Positions 1 through 14,292 of a stretch of DNA of 64,000 nucleotides are shown here, piece after piece. The position numbers and the translations under genes were made by a program. The stretch covers positions 4,064,001-4,128,000 of the forward strand of contig OZ241362.1 of assembly GCA_965200315.1 (NCBI GenBank). The letters run 5' to 3'. Source of the DNA: Candidatus Latescibacterota bacterium. Lineage in GTDB: Bacteria > Latescibacterota > UBA2968 > UBA8231. The stretch's first letter is position 1. Every line of letters begins with the position of its first letter. The notes below the pieces were generated by a model that was not told the DNA's origin, searched no databases, and saw nothing but the letters and a program-made list of their open reading frames with translations.

Positions 1-2
1 CT

Positions 3-1796
3 GGCTCGTACCCTTATCTACTCAACGACTACGGCGCCCAGTACTTGTGGGGCATTCCCAAACAGGACCAGACCCTCGAAGAAGTCGAGGCCCTGCTCTT
101 GGAGCAGATCGACCTGATTAAGGAGGGGCAATTTGAGAACTGGATCATTCCGGCCATTGTCACCGATTTCAAGAAGAGCGTAAAGCAGGGGCAGGAAAAC
201 AACAGTTCTCGCGTCAGTTCCATGCGCGAGGCGTATCTCGGGTTTGAGGAATGGAGCCACGCGGTACGCGCCCTCGACCGCATGGCCGAGATCGACAAGC
301 AAGACGTCGTCGAAGCCGCCAATAAGTACTTCAACGGTGCATACATTGCCGGCTACCGCCGCGACGGCGAACAGGACATCCCCGAAATCGACAAGCCGCC
401 CATCGACAAAATCGACATCGACGCCTCGCGCCAATCGGCCTTTTTCGCCGAGGTCATGGCCATGCCCTTTGCCGAGGTCGAGCCAGCCTACCTCGTGCCT
501 GAGCGCGACTTCACCACCCGCGAATTGGCGAGCGGTAGCAATCTCTACTACGCCCGCAACCCGCTCAACGACCTCTTCGACTTTTCTATCGCGATCGACA
601 TCGGCTCCCTAACCGAAAAACGCCTGCCCGTCGCCCGCGAACTGCTCGACAAGTCGGGCACCCCGCGCTTTACTTCCGAAGACCTGAAAAAGGAGTGGTA
701 CAAACTGGGCACCGACTTTAGGATGAGCGTCGGCGACCAAGAGACCACGATTTCCATATCGGGCCTCGACGAAAACTTCGCCGCGTCGCTCGCCTTGTTG
801 TCCGAACTGATGCACGGCCCGACCACCGACGACGCCACGCTCGCCGAGCTTCAGTCCATCATCATCGCTCGGCGCGATGACGCCCTCAAGGATCATCGCA
901 CCATCCACGAAGCACTCTACCGCTACCATCGCTTAGGCGACATGGCGTACTACCGCCGGGTGTTGTCCAACGAGGAAGTTCGCGCCCTAGGGCGCGAGGA
1001 GTTGCTCGACTTGTTGAGCGGCTTGCTCTCCTATAGCCAGACCCTCAGCTACACCGGGTCGCAAACCATTGAGGACTTACAAGCCAGCCTCGCCCAGCAC
1101 TACCCGCTGCCTGAGTCTCCAGTCGAGCCGCCGCCCTATCAGGTCCTAGAGTTTACCCAGCCCGAAAAAACTCAGCTCTACTTCTTCGACAAGGAAATGG
1201 CCCAAGCCTTAGTGAGGATCGAATACGTAGATGTGCCCTACCAAGAGGCACTCGAGCCAGCCGTCGAGCTGTTCAACGACTACTTCTACGGCGGTATGGC
1301 CGGCATCGTATTCCAAGAAATCCGCGAAGCACGGGCCTTGGCCTACTCGGTGGGTGCCCTCTACTTCAACGGCCGCGACAAAGCCGACTACAACTACATG
1401 GTCGGCGGCATGGGCACTCAAGCCGACAAGACGCCCGAAGCGGTTGCGGCCTTCGTCGGCCTGCTCGACGACATTCCCTCCTCGCCCGAGCGCTTTGCCG
1501 CCGCCCAACTCTCAGTACTCAACAAATACCGCACCGAGCGCCTCGGGTTCCGCTCGGTGTTGGGGGCCGTGCGCGGCTGGGAGCGCAAGGGGCTGACCGG
1601 CGACCCGCGCTCCTGGCGCTTTGAGCAAATTCAAGCCAGCGGCCTCGACGAAGTACTCGAATTCTACCGCCAACACGTCCAAGGACGCCCCAAGCTGATT
1701 TCGATCACAGGCGACAAGAGCAAAATGGACCTAGAGGCTCTAGCAGAGCAGGGCGAGCTCGTCGAACTGGGCTTGAAAGATCTGTTCGCTTTCTGA
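3..1796 (+). CDS. M16 family zinc peptidase (PqqL/insulinase-like), 5'-truncated by window edge
   Basis: Frame is open from base 3. C-terminal M16 motif FQEIREARALAYSV; Peptidase_M16_C-like repeats. Confidence 0.8.
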   Translation, partial: GSYPYLLNDYGAQYLWGIPKQDQTLEEVEALLLEQIDLIKEGQFENWIIPAIVTDFKKSVKQGQENNSSRVSSMREAYLGFEEWSHAVRALDRMAEIDKQDVVEAANKYFNGAYIAGYRRDGEQDIPEIDKPPIDKIDIDASRQSAFFAEVMAMPFAEVEPAYLVPERDFTTRELASGSNLYYARNPLNDLFDFSIAIDIGSLTEKRLPVARELLDKSGTPRFTSEDLKKEWYKLGTDFRMSVGDQETTISISGLDENFAASLALLSELMHGPTTDDATLAELQSIIIARRDDALKDHRTIHEALYRYHRLGDMAYYRRVLSNEEVRALGREELLDLLSGLLSYSQTLSYTGSQTIEDLQASLAQHYPLPESPVEPPPYQVLEFTQPEKTQLYFFDKEMAQALVRIEYVDVPYQEALEPAVELFNDYFYGGMAGIVFQEIREARALAYSVGALYFNGRDKADYNYMVGGMGTQADKTPEAVAAFVGLLDDIPSSPERFAAAQLSVLNKYRTERLGFRSVLGAVRGWERKGLTGDPRSWRFEQIQASGLDEVLEFYRQHVQGRPKLISITGDKSKMDLEALAEQGELVELGLKDLFAF

Positions 1797-1802
1797 GTCC
1801 TA

Positions 1803-1831
1803 TTGACAAAGCCCCCCCCACCGTCTAGCTT
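1803..1831 (+). promoter_or_regulatory. sigma70-type promoter of tRNA-Met
   Basis: TTGACA (1803-1808), 17 bp spacer, TAGCTT (1826-1831), 14 bp before the tRNA. Confidence 0.75.
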
Positions 1832-1845
1832 TTAAACAAGTTTTT

Positions 1846-1922
1846 GGCGGCGTAGCTCAGTTGGTTAGAGCAGTGGAATCATAATCCATAGGTCGGGGGT
1901 TCGAGTCCCTTCGCCGCTACCA
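1846..1922 (+). tRNA. tRNA-Met (CAT), elongator type
   Basis: Acceptor stem GGCGGCG/CGCCGCT, D-arm AGCTCAGTTGGTTAGAGC, anticodon loop ATCATAA, T-loop GGTTCGAGTCC, encoded CCA. No initiator features (no 1:72 mismatch, no GGG/CCC anticodon stem). Confidence 0.93.
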
Positions 1923-1960
1923 CATTTTCCGTCGCTAATTTTGGCGGTTTGTCGTTTAAC

Positions 1961-1995
1961 ACAAGCCCCCGGGGATCACCTCCTCGGGGGCTTGT
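1961..1995. terminator. GC-rich hairpin between the tRNA and a convergent gene remnant
   Basis: ACAAGCCCCCGGGGA-tcacc-TCCTCGGGGGCTTGT inverted repeat. Confidence 0.6.
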
Positions 1996-2033
1996 CGCAT
2001 GGGCCACCTAGATGATGCGGGCGAGTTGCAGCC

Positions 2034-2462
2034 TCAGCCCGTTATCTCCAACAGTTCAACCTGTCGCCGTTCCTTCCTCGCCAGATCCGCCGCCGCCAGA
2101 ATCTGAACGCATTCCCTGCCGTCATACATCGTGATCGGCATCTCTTCCCCGTTGGCCAAGGCGTCGAAGAATTTGCAGAACGCGCTGTATCCCGGTGGGA
2201 CGAAGCTGCGGTGAAATTCTGACAAGGGTTGCCAGGCTTCTGTTTCCCTTGTGTAGAGCATCAGCGTGGCCGGGTCGCCGAAATCCAGCTTGGTGGAAGG
2301 ATGGTCGCCCCTGACTTGGACCAACGCGCCTTTGTGACCATAGATCTCGGTGGCTAGGGGAGCCCGAGTTTCCGTCTCGCTCGTATGGAGAGTTACGATT
2401 GGACCATTGGCGTAGCGGAAGACAGCGGCATTGTTGTCCTCAACCGGGAGTCCTTTGTTGGC
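2034..2462 (-). pseudogene. 3' fragment of Gfo/Idh/MocA oxidoreductase
   Basis: GLPVEDNN...TEIYGHKG...MPITMYDGRECVQILAAA resembles the C-terminal domain. The Rossmann N-terminus is missing; the fragment abuts a divergent truncated gene. Confidence 0.7.
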
Positions 2463-3530
2463 CGAGCACTTCCGCTTTTTGCACATTGCTCTGGCTGCCT
2501 GGCGCGTCACGGGCGAGGCGCGCTACCGCGACTGGGTGCTGCGCTATGGGCACAAGCGGGCCGAGCGGTTGCTCGCGGCGGACGAACGGATGCCCGTGTG
2601 GTGGGATATGGACGGGCGTGGATTGCAGCCGGAGGATTTGCAGACCCGCGCAGAGCGGGGGATGGCCGGCAACAACCACCACATCGCCGGCGACCCGCTC
2701 GCTGGCATCGAAAATCTGCTGACGTCGGGTGCGGTCTACGCGCTGGGCGATCTCTTTTTGCTGGAGGGCGACGAAATCTTTCGCCGCACGGCCAAGAGAA
2801 TCGTCGAGCCGCTAATCGGCCAATTGCTCGATCCCTACGCCGACCCGGCCGCGGCCGCGCTCTCCTACTATCGCCGGACCTTCGCCGATTCCTCGCTAGA
2901 CGACGCGATGTGCGCGGTGCTGGCGCGACAACCTGCCGAGTCGGAAGCACCGTGGGCGATGGTCTTTCCCCAAGAGCAGAAGCGTCGCGAGCCGGGGGTG
3001 GGCAAACGCAACGACATGATCTACTGGGGCCATCGGGCGGAAGATGGCTCGGTGCAGCTCTCGCACGAACCAAGCACGGCGGCATTGACGCTAGGGTATC
3101 AATTGACGGGCGAATGGACCATGGCCCGGCGGGCGCTGGGAGCGGCGGCGGCCAAATTCGCCATGGCCCGGCGGGTGTTGCGCGGCGGGCGCGAACACGC
3201 CGATATGGGCGGGGCGATTTGCTCGGTGGCCGCAGGGCATGGGCGCAATTGGGGCTGTGGGGCGCGGTGACGGGTTGCTACGGGCCGTTGTTGATGGGCA
3301 CGTGCGAAGTACAAGGCGCGGTGGTACCGCTGGTCGAGTGGGCCGAAGGCCATTTACCCGAACAAATCTTGACGCTTTTACAACCGCCGGTCAGTGGACC
3401 GGGAACAGCGCTGTTTTACAATGGGGGAGAGGAGCGGCAGGTGCTGGGGTGGCACTTGGCAGGAGCGGCCGATTGGCAGCGCGTTGAGCTGGTCTCGGGC
3501 GAGGCGCGAGAATACCCACTGGAGGAGTAA
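2461..3530 (+). pseudogene. 5'-truncated, frameshifted hypothetical gene (helical, possibly alpha/alpha-barrel carbohydrate-active)
   Basis: AEHFRFLHIALAAWRVTGEARYRDW...GHGRNWG continues in another frame at ~3265 as GAVTGCYGPLL...PLEE*. No credible start or RBS. Confidence 0.6.
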
Positions 3531-3532
3531 TC

Positions 3533-3673
3533 ATGCGCCTGTACACCTACCTGCTAAAGCTCCAACTGCTCAACGCGCGGGCCCACCGCTTCGAGTCGGC
3601 CCGCTACCCTGTGCGCGATGTGGCCGTCCAAGAGCCCGATTCACACGGCTACGGACGCGACGTGGGGGGCTAG
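3533..3673 (+). CDS. 46-aa small ORF or gene remnant (MRLYTYLLKLQLLN...)
   Basis: Strong RBS GGAGGAG at 3521-3527, ATG at 3533, TAG at 3671-3673. Below the ORF-track cutoff. Confidence 0.35.
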   Translation: MRLYTYLLKLQLLNARAHRFESARYPVRDVAVQEPDSHGYGRDVGG

Positions 3674-3674
3674 A

Positions 3675-4082
3675 TCAACTACTCGTGCGGAGGCGATTGA
3701 GGGCGCGTGATAGCGCCACTTGAGCGCGCCCTACGTCAATCTCCTCTTGTCCGGCGCGCGCTTGGGTGAGGCGTTCCTCAGCGCGCTGGCGCGCAGACTC
3801 GGCCCGCTCAACGTCGATTTCCTCGACGCGCTCAGCCGTCTCAGCTAGCACCGCAACCTGCTCGTGCCCTACCTCGACAAAACCACCGCTGATGGCCATT
3901 TGGACCTCGTTGCCATCCTCCTCGACAAAACGCAACCCCCCTATCTGTAACGAGGTTAAAAGCGGTACGTGTCCGGCGAGGACGCCGAAACTCCCTTCGC
4001 TACCGGGCGCTTGCAGGCTGGCTACCTGACCCGAGTAAGCCACCCGCTCTGGCGTGACGACTTCTAAGGAGAAGGCGGGCAT
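3675..4082 (-). CDS. atpC: ATP synthase F1 epsilon
   Basis: LEVVTPER, GSFGVLAGHVPL, ISGGFVEV; last gene of the atp operon. Confidence 0.97.
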   Translation of the reverse strand: MPAFSLEVVTPERVAYSGQVASLQAPGSEGSFGVLAGHVPLLTSLQIGGLRFVEEDGNEVQMAISGGFVEVGHEQVAVLAETAERVEEIDVERAESARQRAEERLTQARAGQEEIDVGRAQVALSRALNRLRTSS

Positions 4083-4085
4083 GGA

Positions 4086-6366
<2,281 letters not shown>

Positions 6367-6369
6367 CGC

Positions 6370-7902
6370 TTAGTCAGCTCCCGCAGAGGGACGGAAGCCA
6401 CCCTTGAATTCTTCGATCGCCGCGTCGAGCTTTTCCCTAGTTTCGTCACTCAAATCGCGACTCTCGTAGATCTCCCTCATAAGCTCGGACTGGCGATCCC
6501 GCATGTAGGCCAGCAACTCGGCCTCAAAGCGGCCTATGTCGGTCGTGGGCAGATCGAGTACGTGGTCGATGATCGACAGCGAGACCGTTAGTTCGGCCAG
6601 CGACTGCGGAGAGTACTGATCCTGCTTGAGGATTTCCATCAGCTTCTCGCCGCGATTGAGCAGATTGCGCGTGGATTGGTCCAAGCCCGAAGTGCCGAAC
6701 TGAGCAAACGCCTTGACTTCGTTGTAGCGCGAAATATCGCCCTTGATGGTCTTGGCCACTGCTTTCACCGCCTTGGTCTGGGCATCGCTGCCCACGCGCG
6801 ACACCGAGGCTCCCACGTCCATGGCCGGCCTGTTCCCCGAGTAGAACAACTCGGGTTTGAGCAGGATCTGGCCATCGGTAATCGAGATGACGTTGGTGGG
6901 TATAAAAGTGGATACGTCGCCTTCGAGAATCTCGATAATCGGCAGGGCAGTCAGCGATCCGCCGCCCTTCTCATCGCTCATCTTGGCGGCGCGCTCCAAT
7001 AGGCGCGAGTGCAAGTAGAACACGTCGCCCGGATAGGCTTCGCGGCCCGGGGGGCGGCGCAAGATCAGCGACATCTCGCGGTAGGCCCAAGCCTGTTTGG
7101 ACAGATCGTCGTAGATGATCAGGGCGTGCTGACCATTGTCGCGGAAGTACTCGCCCATCGAAGCACCGGCATAGGGTGCCAAAAACTGCAAAGGTGCCGG
7201 ATCGGATGCCGTGGCCGAGACCACGATAGTGTATTCCATGGCACCATTGGCCTCCAGTTCGGCCACCAATTTGGCCACGGTTGAGGCCTTCTGGCCGATG
7301 GCCACGTAGATGCACTTGACGTCTTGGTCGCGCTGATTGATGATGGTGTCAACGGCAATGGCCGTCTTGCCAGTCTGGCGGTCGCCGATGATCAACTCGC
7401 GCTGACCGCGACCAATGGGAACGGTCGAGTCGATGATTTTAATGCCCGTCTGCAGGGCCTCGCTAACCGGCTGGCGGTCGATGACGCCCGGAGCTTTGCG
7501 CTCGACCGGCACACTCTCGTCAGCTTGGATGTCGCCCTTGCCGTCAATGGGCATGCCCAAGGGATTGACGACCCGGCCTAGGAGGGCCTCGCCCACTGGC
7601 ACTTCGACGATGCGGTCGGTGCGCTTTACTTGGTCGCCTTCGTTGATCAGGGTGTCCTCGCCGAAGAGCACACAGCCGACGTTGTCTTCTTCGAGGTTGA
7701 GGGCCATGCCCATAATGCCGTGGGGGAATTCCACCAATTCGGTGGCCCGCACATTGCTCAGACCGTGGACGCGGGCCGTGCCATCGCCGACATAAAGCAC
7801 GGTACCTGCCTCGAATACGTCTATTTCTTTTTCAAAGCCCAGTAGCTGTTGCTTGAGAATTTGGGAAATCTCATCGGGCTGAACCATCGTTTCGGTGGCC
7901 AT
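6370..7902 (-). CDS. atpA: ATP synthase F1 alpha
   Basis: [30 protein letters not shown]. Start ATG 7902 with GGAGGA RBS. Confidence 0.98.
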   Translation of the reverse strand: MATETMVQPDEISQILKQQLLGFEKEIDVFEAGTVLYVGDGTARVHGLSNVRATELVEFPHGIMGMALNLEEDNVGCVLFGEDTLINEGDQVKRTDRIVEVPVGEALLGRVVNPLGMPIDGKGDIQADESVPVERKAPGVIDRQPVSEALQTGIKIIDSTVPIGRGQRELIIGDRQTGKTAIAVDTIINQRDQDVKCIYVAIGQKASTVAKLVAELEANGAMEYTIVVSATASDPAPLQFLAPYAGASMGEYFRDNGQHALIIYDDLSKQAWAYREMSLILRRPPGREAYPGDVFYLHSRLLERAAKMSDEKGGGSLTALPIIEILEGDVSTFIPTNVISITDGQILLKPELFYSGNRPAMDVGASVSRVGSDAQTKAVKAVAKTIKGDISRYNEVKAFAQFGTSGLDQSTRNLLNRGEKLMEILKQDQYSPQSLAELTVSLSIIDHVLDLPTTDIGRFEAELLAYMRDRQSELMREIYESRDLSDETREKLDAAIEEFKGGFRPSAGAD

Positions 7903-7916
7903 AGATCCTCCTGTGC

Positions 7917-8453
7917 CTAACCGGCCAGACGCGCTTGTAGGCGCTCTAGATAGGTATTCACGCTGCCGTCGAATACGGTGTCGCCGACGCGAACGATCGC
8001 GCCGCCCCGCAAACTGGCATCGACTTGGACATCCAAGCGCACTGTGCGGCCGCTGCGGTGTCCTAAGCGCTCCCGCAGGCGCTGGCACTGCTCCTCACTC
8101 AACGCCACGGCCGAGCGCACCTCAGCACTGATTATGCCCTCGCGCTCGGCGGCCTGATCGAGAAAATTTTCGAGTGCCGCTCCGATAATAGAAGCGCGGC
8201 CCCTGACAGCCATGAGCCGGAGAAAATTCAGGGTCAGCACCTCGACCTTGCCGCTGAAGAGCTCCCGCAGGACATTGGCTTGCGCTTGGCTGTCGGCTAG
8301 AGGATTGACCAAAAACTCGGCCAACTCGCCGGATTGGCGCACGGTCTCCAAAAGCCGCTCGACGTCGCGCTGCACCGCTGCGGTCGCGCCCGTTTCATCG
8401 GCGGCCTCCAGCAGCGTAGCCGCGTAGCGTCGCACTACTTCGGGTGCGTTCAT
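7917..8453 (-). CDS. atpH: ATP synthase delta
   Basis: RRYA...L N-terminus, VDASLRGG...VGDTVFDGS; operon position. Confidence 0.95.
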   Translation of the reverse strand: MNAPEVVRRYAATLLEAADETGATAAVQRDVERLLETVRQSGELAEFLVNPLADSQAQANVLRELFSGKVEVLTLNFLRLMAVRGRASIIGAALENFLDQAAEREGIISAEVRSAVALSEEQCQRLRERLGHRSGRTVRLDVQVDASLRGGAIVRVGDTVFDGSVNTYLERLQARLAG

Positions 8454-8475
8454 TGTCCTACTCGCGCGATGGCGT

Positions 8476-8967
8476 TCAATTGGATTCGGGAATTCTGGCT
8501 ATAAAGTCGTCGACGAGGCCGCGGTTCTTCTCATCGTCCAAATTGGCGTCGATCAGCGCACCAGCGGCTTGAACCGCGAGATTGGCCGTCTCGCGGCGCA
8601 GCTCGGCAATGGCAGCGCGCTTCTCGCTTTCGATACTGGTCCGCGCTTGGTCGAGCATCCGCTCGGCCTCTTCCCGCGCTTGGGAGACGATTGTCTGCCG
8701 CACGTTTGCCCCAGCCTCGCGGGCCTCGGCGACGACCTGCCGCGCCTCTTCATCGGCCGCGGCGAGCTTCTGCTGGTGCTGACTCAGAAGCTCTTCGGCC
8801 TCTTGGCGCGCCTGATCGGCCGCGGCGAGCGCGTCGCTGATGCGTTTCTCTCGCTCGTCGAGAGCCGCCAAAAGCTGGGGCCAAGCGAATTTTTTGAGGA
8901 CGAACAGCACCACCAAGAAGGTGATGATCGTCCATATTATGAGCCCCGCATGGGGATCAAGTAACAT
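8476..8967 (-). CDS. atpF: ATP synthase Fo b
   Basis: N-terminal TM helix, LKKFAWP..L..LDERE, long coiled coil. Confidence 0.96.
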   Translation of the reverse strand: MLLDPHAGLIIWTIITFLVVLFVLKKFAWPQLLAALDEREKRISDALAAADQARQEAEELLSQHQQKLAAADEEARQVVAEAREAGANVRQTIVSQAREEAERMLDQARTSIESEKRAAIAELRRETANLAVQAAGALIDANLDDEKNRGLVDDFIARIPESN

Positions 8968-8977
8968 GGCGCTTGTA

Positions 8978-10068
<1,091 letters not shown>

Positions 10069-10127
10069 GTACTGCCTTGTGAAATATCCAAAAATAGGAG
10101 GGAATCTGTCGCAGTAACCAACCGATT

Positions 10128-10156
10128 AAATTAATTAGACCGTAAATTCCTGTCAA
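10128..10156 (-). promoter_or_regulatory. internal sigma70 promoter upstream of atpB
   Basis: Minus strand TTGACA (10156-10151), 17 bp spacer, TAATTT (10133-10128), in an AT-rich gap. Confidence 0.6.
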
Positions 10157-10172
10157 CACCTCACGGGCACTT

Positions 10173-10463
10173 CTAGCGCTTTGAACGGCCTTGTAACTTG
10201 AGTACGTAAAAAATTTCAACCGCGAGAAAAAGCAAGTACGCAGCCACTAGCGCGACGAAGTAACTTTCGGCATGGATCTCAGCCCATCTGAGCACCACTA
10301 CCGACAGGACAGCCACCGCGATCAACCTCGCGATCATCCCCCCGAAAAAGGCGATCATAAAGGTTTGCATGCCCTTGCCCCATCCCCAGCGAATCGCCGC
10401 CAGCGCGAGCGCACCGTTGACTCCGGCGACCACCAATCCAGCGGCGATGCTGTCCCAATTCAC
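10173..10463 (-). CDS. atpI: ATP synthase I-like membrane protein
   Basis: Small multi-TM protein, FFGGMIARL; directly upstream of atpB. Confidence 0.7.
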   Translation of the reverse strand: MNWDSIAAGLVVAGVNGALALAAIRWGWGKGMQTFMIAFFGGMIARLIAVAVLSVVVLRWAEIHAESYFVALVAAYLLFLAVEIFYVLKLQGRSKR

Positions 10464-10702
10464 GGTCCGTCCTCCCGCTTGCGCCGCTCATCTAAGTCCA
10501 TCAGCGTCCGATAGAGTTTGTAAAACCCACCCCCCGCGCCGAGCAGGGTCCCCAACACGAGAAAGAGCGGCGTAGTTGCAAATTTGCCGTCGAGCCACCA
10601 GCCAAGAAACACAAAGATCAGGATCGTCGCCGCGAATTGAATCCCCAGACTGACGTAAGGGCCAATATCGGCATACGCCCTAGTCTTTTTTTGGGCAACC
10701 AT
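10460..10702 (-). CDS. AtpZ/AtpI family (ATPase gene1) protein
   Basis: LGWWLDGKFATTPLFLVLGTLLG signature. Confidence 0.85.
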   Translation of the reverse strand: MVAQKKTRAYADIGPYVSLGIQFAATILIFVFLGWWLDGKFATTPLFLVLGTLLGAGGGFYKLYRTLMDLDERRKREDGP

Positions 10703-10768
10703 ATTTTCTACGAGCAAATAAAAACGGCGGACCACCGTCCGCCGCTATATCAAAGCTGCCGATAGTGC

Positions 10769-10972
10769 TCAGTTCGTCTTCGACTCGGCATCCCCGCACG
10801 AACCGGGAGCCTGACCGCACTCGCACATAGGCTCGCCCAACGCATCGCGCATAGTGCCCAGCCCGCCGCACGAGCCTTGGAGGCGGCGATTGCTGAAGAT
10901 CACGCCGACAGCCATGGCGGCCATGATTAGCCCAAAAACAGCGAAAGTGGCGATAAGCATGCTCGCAGTCAT
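10769..10972 (-). CDS. nqrM: Na+-NQR maturation factor NqrM (DUF539)
   Basis: MAVGVIF...GSCGG plus Cys-rich tail; follows nqrF. Confidence 0.88.
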   Translation of the reverse strand: MTASMLIATFAVFGLIMAAMAVGVIFSNRRLQGSCGGLGTMRDALGEPMCECGQAPGSCGDAESKTN

Positions 10973-10989
10973 CTTGTATTCCTCCCGAC

Positions 10990-12228
10990 TTAAAACTCGT
11001 CGAAGCGGATCATTTCCTCTTCAATGCCTAGATCATCGAGCATCCCGAGCGCGGATTGGAGCATCAGCGGCGGGCCGCACAGGTAATATTCGACGTCTTC
11101 AGGGGCGGGGTGATCCTTGAGATAATGGTCGTACACCACCTGGTGAATAAAGCCTACATAACCGTCCCAATGGTCCTCTGGCCGCGGCTCGGACATGGCA
11201 ATGTGGAAGGTGAAGTTGGGAAACGCCTCTTCGATCTTGCGGAAGTGGTCCTCGTAGAAGACCTCGTTGGGATTGCGCGCCCCGTACCAATAGGACACCT
11301 TGCGCCCGGTCTTGAGCGTGTGGAAGAGGTGGTATAGATGCGAGCGCAAAGGCGCCATGCCCGCGCCACCGCCGATATAGACCATTTCGCGGTCGGTCTC
11401 CTGAATGAAAAATTCGCCGAAAGGACCCGAGACGGTCACCTTGTCGCCCGGCTTGCGGCTGAACACGTAAGAAGAGGCGATGCCCGGCGGCATGTCTGCC
11501 CAGCCACCCTTTTCGCGGTCGGGCGGCGGGGTGGCGATGCGGATGTTGAGCATGATGATGTCGCCCTCGGCCGGATGATTGGCCATTGAATAGGCGCGGA
11601 AGACGGGCTCGGTATTGACGAGTTTGAAATCCCAGACGTTGAAGCGATCCCAATCGGGGTGGAAGCGCTCGTCAATCCCCTCAAAATCCTTGAAGTCGCA
11701 CTCGAAGGGCGGCACTTCGATCTGGATAAAACCGCCGGGCTGGAAATCGAGCGTTTCGCCCTCGGGGAGCTTGACGACAAATTCCTTGATAAAGGTAGCC
11801 ACATTGTCGTTGGAGACGACTTCGCATTCCCACTTTTTGACCGAGAACACTTCGGGCGGCACTTCGATCTTCATGTCCTGCTTGACGTTGACTTGGCAGG
11901 AAAGCCGCACGCCCTCGCGCGCCTCGCGCTTGGTAATGTGGCTGGTCTCGGTCTGCAAAATATCGCCACCACCCTCGTAGATGTTGACCTTGCACTGGGC
12001 GCAGGTACCACCGCCGCCGCAGGCCGAAGACACGAAGACCTTGTTGTCGGCCAGCACGTTGAGCAGCTTGCCTCCTGCTGGAACGGAGAGGGCCTTGCTT
12101 TCGTCGTCGTTGATGAGGATTCGCACGTTGCCGCTAGGCACCAGCTTGGAACGGGCCACCAAGATGATAGCTACCAAAGCCAATACTACGCCGGTGAACA
12201 TGCCGACGCCGGAAATAACTTCAGTCAT
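10990..12228 (-). CDS. nqrF: Na+-translocating NADH:quinone reductase F
   Basis: [12 protein letters not shown] 2Fe-2S motif, [21 protein letters not shown]. Confidence 0.98.
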   Translation of the reverse strand: MTEVISGVGMFTGVVLALVAIILVARSKLVPSGNVRILINDDESKALSVPAGGKLLNVLADNKVFVSSACGGGGTCAQCKVNIYEGGGDILQTETSHITKREAREGVRLSCQVNVKQDMKIEVPPEVFSVKKWECEVVSNDNVATFIKEFVVKLPEGETLDFQPGGFIQIEVPPFECDFKDFEGIDERFHPDWDRFNVWDFKLVNTEPVFRAYSMANHPAEGDIIMLNIRIATPPPDREKGGWADMPPGIASSYVFSRKPGDKVTVSGPFGEFFIQETDREMVYIGGGAGMAPLRSHLYHLFHTLKTGRKVSYWYGARNPNEVFYEDHFRKIEEAFPNFTFHIAMSEPRPEDHWDGYVGFIHQVVYDHYLKDHPAPEDVEYYLCGPPLMLQSALGMLDDLGIEEEMIRFDEF

Positions 12229-12244
12229 AAGACGCTTTTCCCTT

Positions 12245-12856
12245 TTAGAGCTGAATACCGGAAAAGGACATAAAGGCCAAAGACATCAGGCCCACCGTAA
12301 TGAAGGTGATCCCGAGGCCGCGTAGCCCGGGAGGCACATCGCTGTACTTCATCTTCTCGCGGATGCCCGCCAGCGCGACGATGGCCAGTGCCCAGCCGAA
12401 GCCCGAGCCAAAGCCAAAGATCGCGCTCTCGCCGAAGTTATAGTCGCGCTCGACCATGAACAACGAACCGCCCAAAATCGCGCAATTGACGGTAATCAAG
12501 GGCAAGAAAATGCCCAGCGCATTGTAGAGGGCCGGCACGAACTTGTCGAGAAACATCTCGAGGATCTGCACCATGGCGGCGATGATGCCGATGTAGCTAA
12601 TCAGCCCCACAAAGGTCAGATCTACCCCACTCAAGCCCGCCCACGCCAGAGCATCTTCCTTGAGCAGGTACTGGTAGATTAGGTTGTTGGCTGGAACGGT
12701 AACCGTCTGCACCACGATTACGGCGATCCCAAGCCCGAACGCCGTCTGCACCTCCTTGGAGACGGCCAGAAAAGTACACATCCCCAAAAAGAAGGCCAGC
12801 GCCATGTTCTCGACGAACACGGACTTCATAAATATGCTCAGATAGGCTTCGACCAT
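12245..12856 (-). CDS. nqrE: Na+-NQR E
   Basis: [28 protein letters not shown]. Confidence 0.97.
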   Translation of the reverse strand: MVEAYLSIFMKSVFVENMALAFFLGMCTFLAVSKEVQTAFGLGIAVIVVQTVTVPANNLIYQYLLKEDALAWAGLSGVDLTFVGLISYIGIIAAMVQILEMFLDKFVPALYNALGIFLPLITVNCAILGGSLFMVERDYNFGESAIFGFGSGFGWALAIVALAGIREKMKYSDVPPGLRGLGITFITVGLMSLAFMSFSGIQL

Positions 12857-12862
12857 GTTCGG

Positions 12863-13486
12863 TTACTCCTTCCCGACCTGCTCGGGCTTCCAAGTCCTGA
12901 GCGCCCATATAAACAAGCCAATGATGAAAAACGCGCTCGGCGGCAAGAGCATCAGGCCGTTGGGCGCGTACCAACCTCCCTCGGCTGCCAAGGCGAACAT
13001 TGGTACTCCAAAGAGCGAACCCGATCCGAATAGCTCGCGCAATATGCCGACGACCAGCAGAATGACGCTGTAGCCCAAGGCATTGCCCAAGCCGTCGAGA
13101 AAGCTCAGCCCAAGACCGTTCTGCGAGGCGAAAGCCTCGGCCCGCCCCATGATAATGCAGTTGGTGATAATCAGGCCGACGAAGACCGAGAGCTGTTTGC
13201 TGATATCAAAGGCATAGGCGCGCAGGAATTGATCAACGATAATCACCAGCGAGGCGATGATCGTCATCTGCACGATAATGCGGATATTGGCCGGGATGAA
13301 GTTGCGAATCAAGCTGACGGCCATGTTGGAACAACAGAGTACGAAAATGACCGCCAAGCACATGGTAACGGTGGTCTCCAACTTGGTCGTCACCGCCAGT
13401 GCCGAGCATATACCAAGGCTCAGCAAGGCAATGGGATTGTAGTCAAAGAGCGGCCTGAAGAGGACGTCTCTTGGTTTGTCAGCCAT
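12863..13486 (-). CDS. nqrD: Na+-NQR D
   Basis: [27 protein letters not shown]. Confidence 0.97.
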   Translation of the reverse strand: MADKPRDVLFRPLFDYNPIALLSLGICSALAVTTKLETTVTMCLAVIFVLCCSNMAVSLIRNFIPANIRIIVQMTIIASLVIIVDQFLRAYAFDISKQLSVFVGLIITNCIIMGRAEAFASQNGLGLSFLDGLGNALGYSVILLVVGILRELFGSGSLFGVPMFALAAEGGWYAPNGLMLLPPSAFFIIGLFIWALRTWKPEQVGKE

Positions 13487-14278
13487 TTAACTAACTCCTC
13501 GTTCTTTGAGCTTGGCCAGATACGGCCCAAAAGCTTCCGCACCCAGCCAGTAGCGCAGCATGTCCCGGACGCCGCGCGAGGTAATGGTGGCACCCGACAG
13601 CCCATCGACCTGATACTGGGTTTCGGGCCGCCCCAAGACGACCTTGCCCCTGATCACCTCGATGCGCACAGCACCGCTTTCGTCGAAGGCCTTTTTGCCG
13701 TCCCAGAGTGCCTTCCAGCTCGGGTTGTCAACCTCACCTCCCAAACCCGGAGTCTCGGCGTGCTCGTAGTACACCAGCCCGCGAATGGTATTGAGGTCCC
13801 TAGAATCGAGGGCCACAAATCCATAGAGCGTGGACCATAGCCCTAAGCCGTGAACGGGCAGGATGACCTTTTTGATCTTGCCCTTTTGCGAGACCAAGTA
13901 CACCGAGGCATGGAGCGCGCGGCGCTTGACGTTGGCGATGTCCACATCGGCCGGAACCAACTCGCTCCGCGCCGGATCCTTGGCCGCCCGCCGCTGGTCG
14001 TACTCAATCGGGTCCACGCCATCGACGTATTCTCCGGTCGCCAGATCGACGACGCGGGTATTTATACTTTGGTACAACTCCTCAATGCGCTCGCCACTGG
14101 CGACCTCGCCGGATTTTAGCAGGCCCGCGGCCATCAGAATATTGCGCTTCTTGTCGAGCGTCTTGTTGATTGCTTGGGTCGGCCGCAGCGACACCGCCGC
14201 CGCCGATACCAGCACCGAGCAGACGAGGCAAACGCCGAGTGCCACGCCGAATGTTCTACCTACTGAATCTCTAGCCAC
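13487..14278 (-). CDS. nqrC: Na+-NQR C
   Basis: GLWS, ETPGLGGEV, FMN site DGLSGATITS. Confidence 0.97.
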   Translation of the reverse strand: MARDSVGRTFGVALGVCLVCSVLVSAAAVSLRPTQAINKTLDKKRNILMAAGLLKSGEVASGERIEELYQSINTRVVDLATGEYVDGVDPIEYDQRRAAKDPARSELVPADVDIANVKRRALHASVYLVSQKGKIKKVILPVHGLGLWSTLYGFVALDSRDLNTIRGLVYYEHAETPGLGGEVDNPSWKALWDGKKAFDESGAVRIEVIRGKVVLGRPETQYQVDGLSGATITSRGVRDMLRYWLGAEAFGPYLAKLKERGVS

Positions 14279-14292
14279 TTTGTCTATCTCTC

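Noticed and set aside
1846-1922. attL/attR pair at the tRNA
   Set aside because: No second copy of the tRNA 3' end and no integrase were found in the window.
3255-3275. Programmed frameshift or TGA recoding
   Set aside because: No slippery heptamer or SECIS seen, and the gene is also 5'-truncated, so simple decay is more likely.
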